The notes under the pieces: model-generated
Databases searched by the model: none
Told to the model about the DNA's origin: nothing
Seen by the model: the letters and a program-made list of their open reading frames with translations, nothing else
Position numbers and translations under genes: made by a program
Shown: piece after piece, positions 1-8,682 of the stretch
Layout: every line of letters begins with the position of its first letter
How positions within the stretch are numbered: the stretch's first letter is position 1
NCBI GenBank assembly: GCA_963718045.1
Contig: OY970350.1
Location: 330,001 to 362,000 of the forward strand
DNA length: 32,000 nt
Direction: 5' to 3'
Origin: Candidatus Saccharimonadota bacterium
GTDB taxonomy: Bacteria; Patescibacteriota; Saccharimonadia; Saccharimonadales; UBA4665

Positions 1-85
1 AGTGCATTTTAATGCACTCGGCAACTAAAAAGTACCATTTTTAAGCCGTGTCGTCAAAGTTTGTTAGTAGCTTGTGGAAAAGTGA

Positions 86-502
86 CTAAGCAAGTTCGAC
101 TGTTGCGCCAGCCTCTTCAAGGGCTTTCTTAGCGTTCTCAGCGTCTTCTTTCTTAGCCTTTTCTAGGATAGTTTTAGGAGCTGCGTCAACTAATGCCTTA
201 GCTTCACCCAGTCCTAGACCAGTGATGTCTTTAACAGCCTTAATTATGGCTACTTTCTGAGCACCGGGGTCTTTAAGAACAACGTCGAACTCTGCCTTTT
301 CTTCTTCAGCCGGAGCAGCGGCTTCGCCGCCATTAGCTGGAGCTACCATAGCTACAGCCGGTGCTGCCGCACTTACGCCCCAGTATTCCTCTAGGAATTT
401 AACAAATTTGCTAATTTCTAGAGCACTTAGTTTGTCTAATTCTTTGACTAAACTTTCAAATTCTTTAGGTACAGTTACCTTTCCTTTATCACTATCTGCC
501 AT
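86..502 (-). CDS. rplL: 50S ribosomal protein bL12 (L7/L12)
   Basis: 138-aa ORF with an Ala/Pro/Glu-rich hinge ([24 protein letters not shown]). The C-terminal domain ([24 protein letters not shown]...EEAGATVEL) is typical of bL12. It lies directly downstream of rplJ. Confidence 0.97.
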   Translation of the reverse strand: MADSDKGKVTVPKEFESLVKELDKLSALEISKFVKFLEEYWGVSAAAPAVAMVAPANGGEAAAPAEEEKAEFDVVLKDPGAQKVAIIKAVKDITGLGLGEAKALVDAAPKTILEKAKKEDAENAKKALEEAGATVELA

Positions 503-513
503 TTTAATTCTCC

Positions 514-1050
514 TTAATTACTATTTAACTGCTCACTGCGAGCATTTAGGACGTTCAATATTCCGCGTACATTGCCGCTTAATACGCTCGCAAAACCACT
601 AAGCGGAGCGGCCAGCGTGCCAACCAGCATAGATCTTAACTGATCCTTTGACGGCAAGCTGGCTAGGACTTTAACGTCTTCTGATGGCAAGAAAATGCCA
701 TCGAACGTTAGTGCGCCGACAAATTCTATTGTCGGACTGGTTTTAGCGAAGTTTGCCAGTGTTTGGGCTGGGGCTACCTCATCTTCGTTGTTAAAGGCAT
801 ATAAGAGCATGTCGGAAAGTACCGAAGTGTCGACATCCTTAAATTTAGGGCTGTTTTTAAGAGCCTTTATTACCAGGCGGTTTTTAACAACCTTAATTAC
901 GGTGCCGTTATCCCGGCCATTTCGTCTTAGCTCCTGCATAGCCTTAACACTTGTGCCTGAGTATTTGGCAGCCACAGTTAGTTTAGAAGTATTCAGTAAA
1001 CCAGATACCTCTTCTACCACCTGGGCTTTCTTATCTTTAGTTAATGCCAT
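514..1050 (-). CDS. rplJ: 50S ribosomal protein uL10
   Basis: 178-aa ORF with an ATG start. The N-terminal KKAQVVEEV...[25 protein letters not shown] pattern is typical of L10. It sits 11 nt upstream of rplL in the conserved rplJL order. Confidence 0.95.
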   Translation of the reverse strand: MALTKDKKAQVVEEVSGLLNTSKLTVAAKYSGTSVKAMQELRRNGRDNGTVIKVVKNRLVIKALKNSPKFKDVDTSVLSDMLLYAFNNEDEVAPAQTLANFAKTSPTIEFVGALTFDGIFLPSEDVKVLASLPSKDQLRSMLVGTLAAPLSGFASVLSGNVRGILNVLNARSEQLNSN

Positions 1051-1123
1051 TTATTCTCACTTTATTTAATTAGTTTAAAGGCAATGTATCGACCACTGTA
1101 CGTGCCTTAAAATATCGTTGCCT

Positions 1124-1157
1124 AAATAAAAAGCCTTTGGCTGTTTGCGCCAAAGAC
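1124..1157 (-). terminator. Intrinsic-terminator-like hairpin in the rplJ leader, downstream of tmk::thyX
   Basis: The minus strand reads GTCTTTGGC-GCAAACA-GCCAAAGGC followed by TTTTTATTT. That is a 9-bp stem (one G-U pair), a 7-nt loop and a U-tract. Confidence 0.6.
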
Positions 1158-1232
1158 TAAAATAGATCTTTACCTCGGCGACATTATCAAGGAAAGTTGA
1201 TTCCCGTCGCTGTCTCTGGCAACGCTCAATGT

Positions 1233-1261
1233 ATTATACTAAAAAACTTCCCTGAAGCCAA
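1233..1261 (-). promoter_or_regulatory. Putative sigma70-type promoter for rplJL
   Basis: The minus strand reads TTGGCT, a 17-nt spacer, then TATAAT. It lies between the tmk::thyX stop (1294) and the leader hairpin. Confidence 0.5.
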
Positions 1262-1293
1262 GTAATATTATGAAATAAATGTCGATCTACCGG

Positions 1294-3624
1294 CTATTTA
1301 AGATGTTTGAGCTTGAACTGAGTGTATCTTTCGGCTGCCAACCTGGTTAGTTCTGGATCTTCATCTTTGTTAACAAACTTCATTGATTCAGCAATTAAGG
1401 GGTGAACTTCGGCTAATTTGTCGTGCATTTGTTTGACAAGTTTTCTATATCCTGGGTGTCCCTGCGGGCTGGTTCGAAGTTCGTGTAGATGCATTGCTTC
1501 CCGGGCGTTATATGTTACCTTCCAGCGCATCTTGTGTCCTAGAAGCGTAGCGTATTGAGCTTCAAGGTCATAACCGGCTTTCTGCATCTTGCTAAATAAG
1601 CTAAGGCTTATATCAAAACAGGCGTCAAATTTGTCACCTAAGCCAGCCTGCTCGACGAGTTTTGGAGTTTCATAGCCGTATATAGGAGTTAATTGCTGCC
1701 ATTCAAGGTCGTCTACCATACGGTGTCTCTGTAGATCGCGGAAGATGCCGTAGTCACTAAGAAGGTCGAAAGAATAATGGGCTTTTTCCAGCGCTCTGCC
1801 CGGTCGGTGACGTCTGTTCAGCCTTTCGCCGATGTAAGTGTTAAATATCTCCAGCTTTTGCTCATAGGATAGCTTAAACAGCTCCTTTTTTATTTGTTCC
1901 AAGCTTAAAGCCGATGAGCTATAGAGCATATCGGCTATTAAATCCAGTTCGTTCTTAGGAAAGTAGTCGGTTAGAGTCACGTCTTCCAGTTCTTCTTCCA
2001 GGTAGAATTCCGGCAGGTATTTATCGGTTAGTTTTTTAACTGCTTGATTGGTGGTTGCCCGATAAGCTATAAAGGCACCGCCGCGTTCTGGCTTATCTGC
2101 CCGTTCCAGAAACATAGGGACTACTTTACGGGCTTCAATGAGCAGCTGCTCGCCCGTTAAACGGCATTCCGGCAGACTATCACTCATTAGGTGGTAAATA
2201 AGGCTTTCGAGCGACTGGCCTGAAGCGTAGATACCGACTGTTGATTTAGTTGCTGCCGGCAGAACTGGACGGATGGCGTCACAGGCTTGGGCTCTGGTTG
2301 CTCCCTGCCAGGCAATGTCCTGTTCTTCTTTAGGTACTTTCGAGTTCTTACGGACATAATCGGTTAACTTTCTGACCAGGAATGAATAGTTAGAAAAGAT
2401 GGTGTCCATGTCGGCTTTATACTGCTTTTTAATGGCCGGTTTTAGATGTTCCGGAGTGTAATATTTGTAGTTGCCTTCTTTATCTTTTTGGTCGTAATAA
2501 ATATATCTGGTAGATTGTTCTAGATAGGCAGCAAGCCGGCCCCATTCCAGCTTCTTTGTCAGCAGATTAGATGCATTTTCAATTACGAAGTGGATGCCGC
2601 TTAACTGTTGGACTGAATCATCGCCGTAAGCTGTTATTACTCTTTGCAGTAGCTTTTCATCCTTGCCTTCTGATGCGGCGAATTCATCTAGGATTGTAAT
2701 TCGCATGTCATCGCCGCGGCGGCTAAGTCTGGCCATGGCGGCAGCGATAGTCACCGGACTAAGCTTGCTGTTAAAGACGTAGACATTGCCGGTTGAATTA
2801 GTCAGGATAGAATCCAGATAATCCCGGCCGTCTTCGGTTATTTCTAGCCGGCCCTCACTATCCTTAGCTAAGAGTTGCTTTGGTACATGCTTTTCAATCT
2901 CTTCCTGAATTTGCGGTTCCTGAAAAACCTTTGTTTCAGAAATTATTTCTTTAACTGAAACCGGCTGGGAGGCGGAAGCAAGACTTCTGGAGCCTTTTAT
3001 GGCCAGTGTTTCAGCTACTAAGACCCATATCTTATCGGCTACCTTTTCCGTAGGCTCGGTGGCGAATACTACCGGCAGGCCTCTTTGCTTTGCTTCCCAA
3101 AGATAGCCTGATCTTATTCTTTCCAGCATGGCCAGGTCTAAGTTGTCGAAACGTTCACCCTGGTGGCGCTCGGCAGTTCTGGATTTTAAGACTGGTGCCG
3201 GGGCGTCTAAAACAACACAAAGGTCTGGCTCTACACTGCCGACCGCAAAACTGATAATGCTGTTCATGACGTTATAATCCGGAACATCACCCCGGCCGTA
3301 GTACTGGACAGCTAAAGTGGTTAGATAGTTTCTGTCAACAATACAAATAACACCTTGTTCTACACTGTTCTTAATAACCTGAAGACTTTGCGAACGGGCG
3401 GCGTTATATAGCAGAACTTCTGTTCTGGTGTTCATTGGGTAGCGCGGGTCTTGAGTAAGCTGCCTGATGGCCCTGGCTGTCAGGTCGCTCTGGCTGTCTG
3501 GCTCCCTTAAGACACGGCATGGTAAATTAGCGGCCGATAGGCGCCTAGAGAGCTCCAATATCTGAGTGGTTTTGCCTACTCCTTCCGGTCCTTCAATAAC
3601 AATGTATTTTCCTGGTCGGCTCAT
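1294..3624 (-). CDS. tmk-thyX: Fusion protein: thymidylate kinase (N-terminal ~210 aa) plus a long, double-domain-type flavin-dependent thymidylate synthase ThyX-like region (C-terminal ~520 aa)
   Basis: 776-aa ORF. The N-terminus IVIEGPEGVGKTTQ (P-loop) with DRNYLTT...YYG matches Tmk. ThyX signature elements are spread over the C-terminal part: LEQSTRYIYY, FRDLQRHRMVD and HELRTSPQGHPGYR. An AAGGAA Shine-Dalgarno precedes the ATG, which is 8 nt after the dcd stop. Confidence 0.8.
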   Translation of the reverse strand: MSRPGKYIVIEGPEGVGKTTQILELSRRLSAANLPCRVLREPDSQSDLTARAIRQLTQDPRYPMNTRTEVLLYNAARSQSLQVIKNSVEQGVICIVDRNYLTTLAVQYYGRGDVPDYNVMNSIISFAVGSVEPDLCVVLDAPAPVLKSRTAERHQGERFDNLDLAMLERIRSGYLWEAKQRGLPVVFATEPTEKVADKIWVLVAETLAIKGSRSLASASQPVSVKEIISETKVFQEPQIQEEIEKHVPKQLLAKDSEGRLEITEDGRDYLDSILTNSTGNVYVFNSKLSPVTIAAAMARLSRRGDDMRITILDEFAASEGKDEKLLQRVITAYGDDSVQQLSGIHFVIENASNLLTKKLEWGRLAAYLEQSTRYIYYDQKDKEGNYKYYTPEHLKPAIKKQYKADMDTIFSNYSFLVRKLTDYVRKNSKVPKEEQDIAWQGATRAQACDAIRPVLPAATKSTVGIYASGQSLESLIYHLMSDSLPECRLTGEQLLIEARKVVPMFLERADKPERGGAFIAYRATTNQAVKKLTDKYLPEFYLEEELEDVTLTDYFPKNELDLIADMLYSSSALSLEQIKKELFKLSYEQKLEIFNTYIGERLNRRHRPGRALEKAHYSFDLLSDYGIFRDLQRHRMVDDLEWQQLTPIYGYETPKLVEQAGLGDKFDACFDISLSLFSKMQKAGYDLEAQYATLLGHKMRWKVTYNAREAMHLHELRTSPQGHPGYRKLVKQMHDKLAEVHPLIAESMKFVNKDEDPELTRLAAERYTQFKLKHLK

Positions 3625-3632
3625 ATTATTCC

Positions 3633-4346
3633 TTAGTCGTAAGGCAATCCCTCGATTTTAACAGGCATTTGCCGGACATCTTTATATGCTATGGGCAGCA
3701 TCTTATCTGGTGACCAGGTCTTAATTATGGTCTCAAGATCCGTGCCCTGCTGGTATTTGCCGCTAATGCCGTTGTCCCGGCCTAATCCGTAGCTGCCTTC
3801 AACCTCGCCTGTTTCATGGAATACTGCCTGGGCAATTCGCTCACCGACCGGGATCAGGATTGATTCTGTTTCGTTCAGGTTATATATCTCAAGTGTCAGA
3901 CGGTTAATATACCCGGGGTCTACCCAGCCGGCATCAAAACAGACAGCGACACCATTTCTGCCCCAGCTGGATCGGGATTTAAGTTCGTAGGCGCCTGGCG
4001 GCAGGATGCCAAAGAATTCATGGGTGTGGGCGAGGATTCGTTCTCTTGGTTTTAAGACAATTATTGGATGTTCCGGCGGAATGCCCGTGACTAGTTTGTG
4101 GCCATTTAGATCACTCCACTGCTGGTGGGGCATAGCCTTATACGGGCCGTCAAAGTATCTTTCAACGTCTTCTCTGTCGAGGGGGTTATACATTGTCCGC
4201 TCGTTTTGCCTTTCAATCCGGTAGTAGTAATAACCAAGCGTAACATCCATTGAGGCGTGGGAGACGTTCTTCGGATTAAAGGGATGGCAAAGAATATGGC
4301 CCTCTTCCACAGCTTTTAATATTTGTGTGTTACTGTATACCGACAT
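3633..4346 (-). CDS. dcd: dCTP deaminase family protein (Dcd/dUTPase-fold)
   Basis: ILKAVEEGHILCHPFNPKNVSHASMDVTLG plus SRSSWGRNGV...DAGWVDPGY..LTLEIYN...IAQAVF matches Dcd family motifs. I chose the ATG at 4346, which has a GGAGGG Shine-Dalgarno 10 nt upstream. The ORF-track start at 4364 is a TTG that lies inside that Shine-Dalgarno. Confidence 0.85.
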   Translation of the reverse strand: MSVYSNTQILKAVEEGHILCHPFNPKNVSHASMDVTLGYYYYRIERQNERTMYNPLDREDVERYFDGPYKAMPHQQWSDLNGHKLVTGIPPEHPIIVLKPRERILAHTHEFFGILPPGAYELKSRSSWGRNGVAVCFDAGWVDPGYINRLTLEIYNLNETESILIPVGERIAQAVFHETGEVEGSYGLGRDNGISGKYQQGTDLETIIKTWSPDKMLPIAYKDVRQMPVKIEGLPYD

Positions 4347-4377
4347 TAGCCTGCCGCCCTCCAAAAGTAATATCTAT

Positions 4378-4407
4378 ATTGTAGTTGGCTGGCTTAAGCT
4401 TTGGCAA
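4378..4407 (-). promoter_or_regulatory. Putative promoter of the dcd-tmk::thyX operon
   Basis: The minus strand reads TTGCCA, an 18-nt spacer, then TACAAT, about 30 nt upstream of the dcd ATG. Confidence 0.45.
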
Positions 4408-4498
4408 GCATAAACATGATGTGTTTTTTTAGGCAAATTGATGTCTAAAGATTTTTTAGCCGCTAGAGGTAAGGTTTAGTACAATATTGAAAGACAAA

Positions 4499-6217
4499 AT
4501 GAGTAAAGAACTACCGTTCCGCCGCCGAGAAGGTATATTTGGACCTAGATTAGTGGCTCTAGCTGTTCTTTTAGACGGTATTTTAATTGTTATATTTACT
4601 CTTGCCAGCCAGCTGGTAGCACATAGGCATAGTTTATTGAACGATTTTTCAGTTGATCTGACGCTTGGTATCGGTCTGACCGTAATCTATTTAAGTGCAT
4701 TGCTTGCCAGAAGAAAAAGAACAGCTTTTATTGCTACCATGGTCGCCTACACCTTCTATCTCGGTACCAGCATAGAAGCTTTAACTGACGATTTCCAGGT
4801 TCACCACCATATTACCTGGTTTGCGCTTACTCGGACCATAATTCTGCCGGCCGTAATCTTAGTTCTTCTTTTCATAAACCGTAAAAAGTATGTCGTCAGA
4901 AGTGATTCCCAGGGTTTCCGAACAGCCGTTATTACCTCATTCATTATTCTTGCCTTAACCTTTGTTTATGGCACAATTGGTTTTTACTTTTTAGGCCGGA
5001 AAGGTTTCCATCACCAGCTGTCCATACCGGCTGCTATGCACTATACGGTCGACCAGCTAAACCTAACTACTAGGCCGATAGTGGCTTATACCAAACGGGC
5101 TAAACTATTTGCCGATTCCCTTTCCTTTATTACTATTTTTGCCATTTTATATGTCCTAATCGCCTTTTTCCACCCGCTTCGAGCCAGGTTTGGCGACCAG
5201 AGAACGGCTATTCTAAAGTTCAAAGACCTGCTTGACAATCAGCATGATGCAATTAGTGAAGACTTCTTTAAGATCTGGCCCCATGACAAACAGTATTTCT
5301 TTGATTCGAGCGAAAAAAGCGGCTTGGCTTTTCATGCCCACCGCGGTGTAGCTTTAGTCGTCGGCGGGCCGGCTGGTAAGAATGCCCGGTTCAGACAGCT
5401 TCTAAACGAGTTTGAATATGTCTGTTTCGGCAATGACTGGCAGCCGGCAATAATACACTGCGACGATTCGCTTAAGGACCTTTATGAGGACCTAGGCTTT
5501 AATATGCAAAAGATTGGCGAAGAAGCCGTCGTTGATCTATATAAATTTACTTCCGAGACTGTTTCAGATAAATACTTTAGGAACATTATTAACAGGTTTG
5601 ATAAGCAGGGATATAGCTTCGAGGTACTCCGGCCGCCCCATCATCCGGCTGTTATTTCCCGGCTCAAAGAAGTGTCTGAGCAGTGGATGGGCCGGGGCAA
5701 CCACGCGGAACGGGGCTATGCCATGGGCTATTTTACCGAGGGCTATATGGAAATATGCGATGTAGCGGTAGCCCGCGATGCGGCTGGTACCATCCAGGCT
5801 TTTTTGAACCTAGTGCCGGCCGATTTCGATAAAGAAGAAGCAACTTATGACCTTTTAAGGTCATCTAACAGCGCCTTGGGTAATATTAACGACTATCTGC
5901 TGGTTAATCTCTGTGAGAGCCTGATTGAAGAGGGATACAAGCGGATTAATCTGGGCCTTTGCCCGCTAGTCGGTATGGATAATGTTGAAGACGATAAAGG
6001 ACTTATTAGCAAGATCTTAAGCTTCGCCTACGCCAACGGTGACCGCTTTTACTCATTCAGCGGGCTTTATAGGTTTAAGAATAAGTATGAGCCTATTTGG
6101 AAGCCTAGATACGTCGCCTATAAGGGGGGTATCAGGAATTTCACTAAGGTTATGAACTCACTTATGCGGGTTATGAGCTTAACCGCTAAAAGAAGCTATC
6201 TAAGATCTGGAAAATAG
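4499..6217 (+). CDS. Aminoacyl-phosphatidylglycerol synthase-like membrane protein (MprF C-terminal/DUF2156 type, no flippase half)
   Basis: About six N-terminal hydrophobic helices are followed by a cytosolic domain with INLGLCPLVG and GLYRFKNKYEPIWKPRYVAY, which are characteristic of the MprF/LysX synthase domain. The ATG at 4499 is preferred over the ORF-track TTG at 4487. Confidence 0.72.
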   Translation: MSKELPFRRREGIFGPRLVALAVLLDGILIVIFTLASQLVAHRHSLLNDFSVDLTLGIGLTVIYLSALLARRKRTAFIATMVAYTFYLGTSIEALTDDFQVHHHITWFALTRTIILPAVILVLLFINRKKYVVRSDSQGFRTAVITSFIILALTFVYGTIGFYFLGRKGFHHQLSIPAAMHYTVDQLNLTTRPIVAYTKRAKLFADSLSFITIFAILYVLIAFFHPLRARFGDQRTAILKFKDLLDNQHDAISEDFFKIWPHDKQYFFDSSEKSGLAFHAHRGVALVVGGPAGKNARFRQLLNEFEYVCFGNDWQPAIIHCDDSLKDLYEDLGFNMQKIGEEAVVDLYKFTSETVSDKYFRNIINRFDKQGYSFEVLRPPHHPAVISRLKEVSEQWMGRGNHAERGYAMGYFTEGYMEICDVAVARDAAGTIQAFLNLVPADFDKEEATYDLLRSSNSALGNINDYLLVNLCESLIEEGYKRINLGLCPLVGMDNVEDDKGLISKILSFAYANGDRFYSFSGLYRFKNKYEPIWKPRYVAYKGGIRNFTKVMNSLMRVMSLTAKRSYLRSGK

Positions 6218-6222
6218 AAACT

Positions 6223-7197
6223 TTAAGAGACAGCGTTAATGTCGAAACTAACCGACGGGCCCATAGTGGTTGTAATGTAGGCCGATTTAATATAGTTGCT
6301 TTTAACACTTGACGGCTTATTGGCTTTAACTGAAGCAACTATAGCAGTAACATTATCTTCCAGTGCTTTAGCTTCGAAACTGACCTTACCAACGCTTAAA
6401 TGGACAATGCCGGCTGAATCAACCCGGTATTCTACCCGGCCAGCTTTTGCTTCGCTGACTGCTTTTTTAACATTTGTAGTAACCGTGCCGCTTTTAGGAT
6501 TAGGCATAAGACCTTTTGGTCCTAAGATTTTGGCGTATTTACCAAGTTTAGGCATGAACGAGGGCGTTGCTATTAAAATGTCAAAATCAAGGACTCCCTT
6601 TTCTATGCTTTGGATTAAATCATCGCCGCCAGCCACGTCGGCACCAGCAGATAATGCTTCCTCCGGGTTGTCTGTTAGGGCCGCAATTTTAAGTTTCTTA
6701 CCGCTGCCAGCCGGAAGCAGTACGTTATCCCGGATATTCTGATCAGCTTGTCTTGGGTCGACGCTTAGGTTAATGTGCAGCTCGACACTGGCATCAAACT
6801 TAACATCTGACGTGTCTTTAATAAGATCAATAGCTTCTTTTAGTTCATAAGTTTTCTTAGGTTCAATCTTAGCGGCGTTCTGCCTAAACCTTTTAGACTG
6901 TCTTTCAAGTCTGGTTCGGGGCGGCTTCTGGGTTTTAACGACTTTTTTAACCGGTTCAGCTTTTTCGGCCTTCTTTGCTTCTTGCTTTTCAGCTTCCCGG
7001 ACTGCTTTAGCACTTCTTTTGCCAGCCTTAGCAATTTCTCCAGCTTCTTTAGGCTTAACCTCTTTCTTAGTTTCTTTGGGCTTCTTTTTGGTTGCTTCCG
7101 CTATTAGAATGCGAAGATCGGCCATCTTAAGAGTAGAATCCGCCTTAAGGCCTAAGCCCTTGGCCTTATCTATGAGCTGCTGTTTAGTTTCAGCCAT
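6223..7197 (-). CDS. rplA: 50S ribosomal protein uL1 with a ~98-aa N-terminal extension
   Basis: From about aa 100 onward (SKRFRQNAAKIEPKKTYELKEAIDLIKD...VELHINLSVDPRQADQNIR...PKGLMPNPKSGTV) the protein matches L1. The ATG is 2 nt after the rplK stop, with GAAGG upstream. Confidence 0.93.
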   Translation of the reverse strand: MAETKQQLIDKAKGLGLKADSTLKMADLRILIAEATKKKPKETKKEVKPKEAGEIAKAGKRSAKAVREAEKQEAKKAEKAEPVKKVVKTQKPPRTRLERQSKRFRQNAAKIEPKKTYELKEAIDLIKDTSDVKFDASVELHINLSVDPRQADQNIRDNVLLPAGSGKKLKIAALTDNPEEALSAGADVAGGDDLIQSIEKGVLDFDILIATPSFMPKLGKYAKILGPKGLMPNPKSGTVTTNVKKAVSEAKAGRVEYRVDSAGIVHLSVGKVSFEAKALEDNVTAIVASVKANKPSSVKSNYIKSAYITTTMGPSVSFDINAVS

Positions 7198-7199
7198 CG

Positions 7200-7628
7200 T
7201 TAGCCTTCAACCTCAACACCCATGCTGCGGGCTGTGCCGGCGACAATCTTCTTAACTGCTTCAATATCTTCGGTATTCATATCCTTAGCTTTTGCTTCAG
7301 CAATTTCGCTCAGTGCTTTATCGGACAGTTTCTTACTAATTTTCTCGCTGTTAGGCTTACCCGAACCCTTGTCTATATTAAGTTTAGCCCGGATCAAATC
7401 ATCTGTCGGGGCACCAACAACACGAAAAGACATAGTTCTATCTTCATAAACAGCAATGTGAGCAGTTACAATTGCTCCCTGCATGCTTTTTGTGGCTTCG
7501 TTAAAGGGATTAACAAAGTCCATCATATTAACACCGTATTGGCCGAGCGTACTGCCTACCGGCGGTCCGGCATTGGCTTGTCCGGCCCTAATCTTCATTT
7601 TTAAATTAGCTACTACTTTCTTGGCCAC
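7200..7628 (-). CDS. rplK: 50S ribosomal protein uL11
   Basis: 142 aa. KMKIRAGQANAGPPVGSTLGQYGVNMMDFVNPFN is the canonical L11 N-terminal domain. GTG start with AAAGGAA upstream. Confidence 0.96.
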   Translation of the reverse strand: MAKKVVANLKMKIRAGQANAGPPVGSTLGQYGVNMMDFVNPFNEATKSMQGAIVTAHIAVYEDRTMSFRVVGAPTDDLIRAKLNIDKGSGKPNSEKISKKLSDKALSEIAEAKAKDMNTEDIEAVKKIVAGTARSMGVEVEG

Positions 7629-7680
7629 GTTATTCCTTTAAAGTTAGTCGATATAATATATCCTAAATTGCCCTGTTAGT

Positions 7681-8229
7681 CTAGACTCTCTTAACCTGTA
7701 ACGAGTCCAGCTCAACCGGGGTCTCACGTCCAAACATGTTAACAAGTACCTTAAGCTTGCCTTTTTGGACATCAATATCGTTAATTGAGCCGTCAAAGCC
7801 TTTAAATGGTCCGTCAATAATATTAACTACTTCGCCCAGCTTAAAGTCTATCTTGTGCTTAGGCTGCTCCAGACCCATTCGTCTCTGGATCTTTTCAATC
7901 TCTTCCGGGTCAATTGGTGTCGGGTCACTGCCGCTGCCGACAAAGCCGGTAACTGAAGGTGTGTTACGAACAATATACCAGGCATCTTCAGACAGCTTCA
8001 TTTCAACCAGAACGTACCCTTGGAAGATGCGTTTTTCGACAACCCGGCGCTTGCCGTTCTTGATTTCAATCATCTTCTCTTTAGGTACAAGCACTTCAAA
8101 TATCTTGTCGCCCATATCCAGCGATTCGGCTCTTTGGCGGATACTCTCAGCTACCTTCTCTTCATAACCTGAGTAAGTGTGAATGGCGTACCACTGTTTA
8201 GTTGTGTCGTAACGTTTAGTTACCGGCAT
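7681..8229 (-). CDS. nusG: Transcription termination/antitermination factor NusG
   Basis: 182 aa. WYAIHTYSGYEEKV (NGN domain) and the C-terminal KOW region GEVVNIIDGPFKGFDGSI. A GGAG Shine-Dalgarno precedes it. The secE-nusG-rplK order is conserved. Confidence 0.95.
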   Translation of the reverse strand: MPVTKRYDTTKQWYAIHTYSGYEEKVAESIRQRAESLDMGDKIFEVLVPKEKMIEIKNGKRRVVEKRIFQGYVLVEMKLSEDAWYIVRNTPSVTGFVGSGSDPTPIDPEEIEKIQRRMGLEQPKHKIDFKLGEVVNIIDGPFKGFDGSINDIDVQKGKLKVLVNMFGRETPVELDSLQVKRV

Positions 8230-8241
8230 GTTCTTATCTCC

Positions 8242-8679
8242 TTATTTTAAAAGTAATGGTCTAAATATCTTGCCCAGTCCCCAGTCGACAGCGGCAACTG
8301 ATATACCAAATATCAGGGCGAAGATAAGTACGGCGTAAGTTAGTCTCCGGCTCTGCTTAAAAGATGGCCAAGTTACCTTCTTTAGCTCCTCAAAACTGGT
8401 CCTAATGTACTTTGGGATGATTATCCGGCCGATGAAAGATAGGGCTATAAATAACGGCTTAAGCTGCTTGACGCCTTTAAGCTTTTGGTAGCCGGCTGCG
8501 ACTGGCCTAAAGATTCTCTTAAGAAAATTAATTGGCCACGTAACCTTAGTTCTGACTTTCTTGGGCTTAGACTTATCGTCTGAAGCCTTAGCTAACTTCT
8601 CCCTGAAGGATTCAGGGTCTTTTAGCCGGCGTTTAGGTTTAATTGGATTGTATAAGTCGTCCAAGGGAGTTATCTCCAA
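8242..8679 (-). CDS. secE: Preprotein translocase subunit SecE (with an N-terminal extension)
   Basis: The C-terminal EELKKVTWPSFKQSRRLTYAVLIFALIFGISVAAVDWGLGKIF is the SecE signature plus its TM helix. There is no ATG in the ORF. The start is TTG at 8679, or TTG at 8664, which has GGAG 9 nt upstream. Confidence 0.85.
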   Translation of the reverse strand: MEITPLDDLYNPIKPKRRLKDPESFREKLAKASDDKSKPKKVRTKVTWPINFLKRIFRPVAAGYQKLKGVKQLKPLFIALSFIGRIIIPKYIRTSFEELKKVTWPSFKQSRRLTYAVLIFALIFGISVAAVDWGLGKIFRPLLLK

Positions 8680-8682
8680 ATT

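Noticed and set aside
1-18. A perfect palindrome, AGTGCATT-TT-AATGCACT, about 70 nt downstream of rplL, as a possible rplL terminator.
   Set aside because: It sits at the very edge of the window, so the minus-strand downstream U-tract cannot be seen. The loop is only 2 nt if fully paired. It cannot be evaluated.
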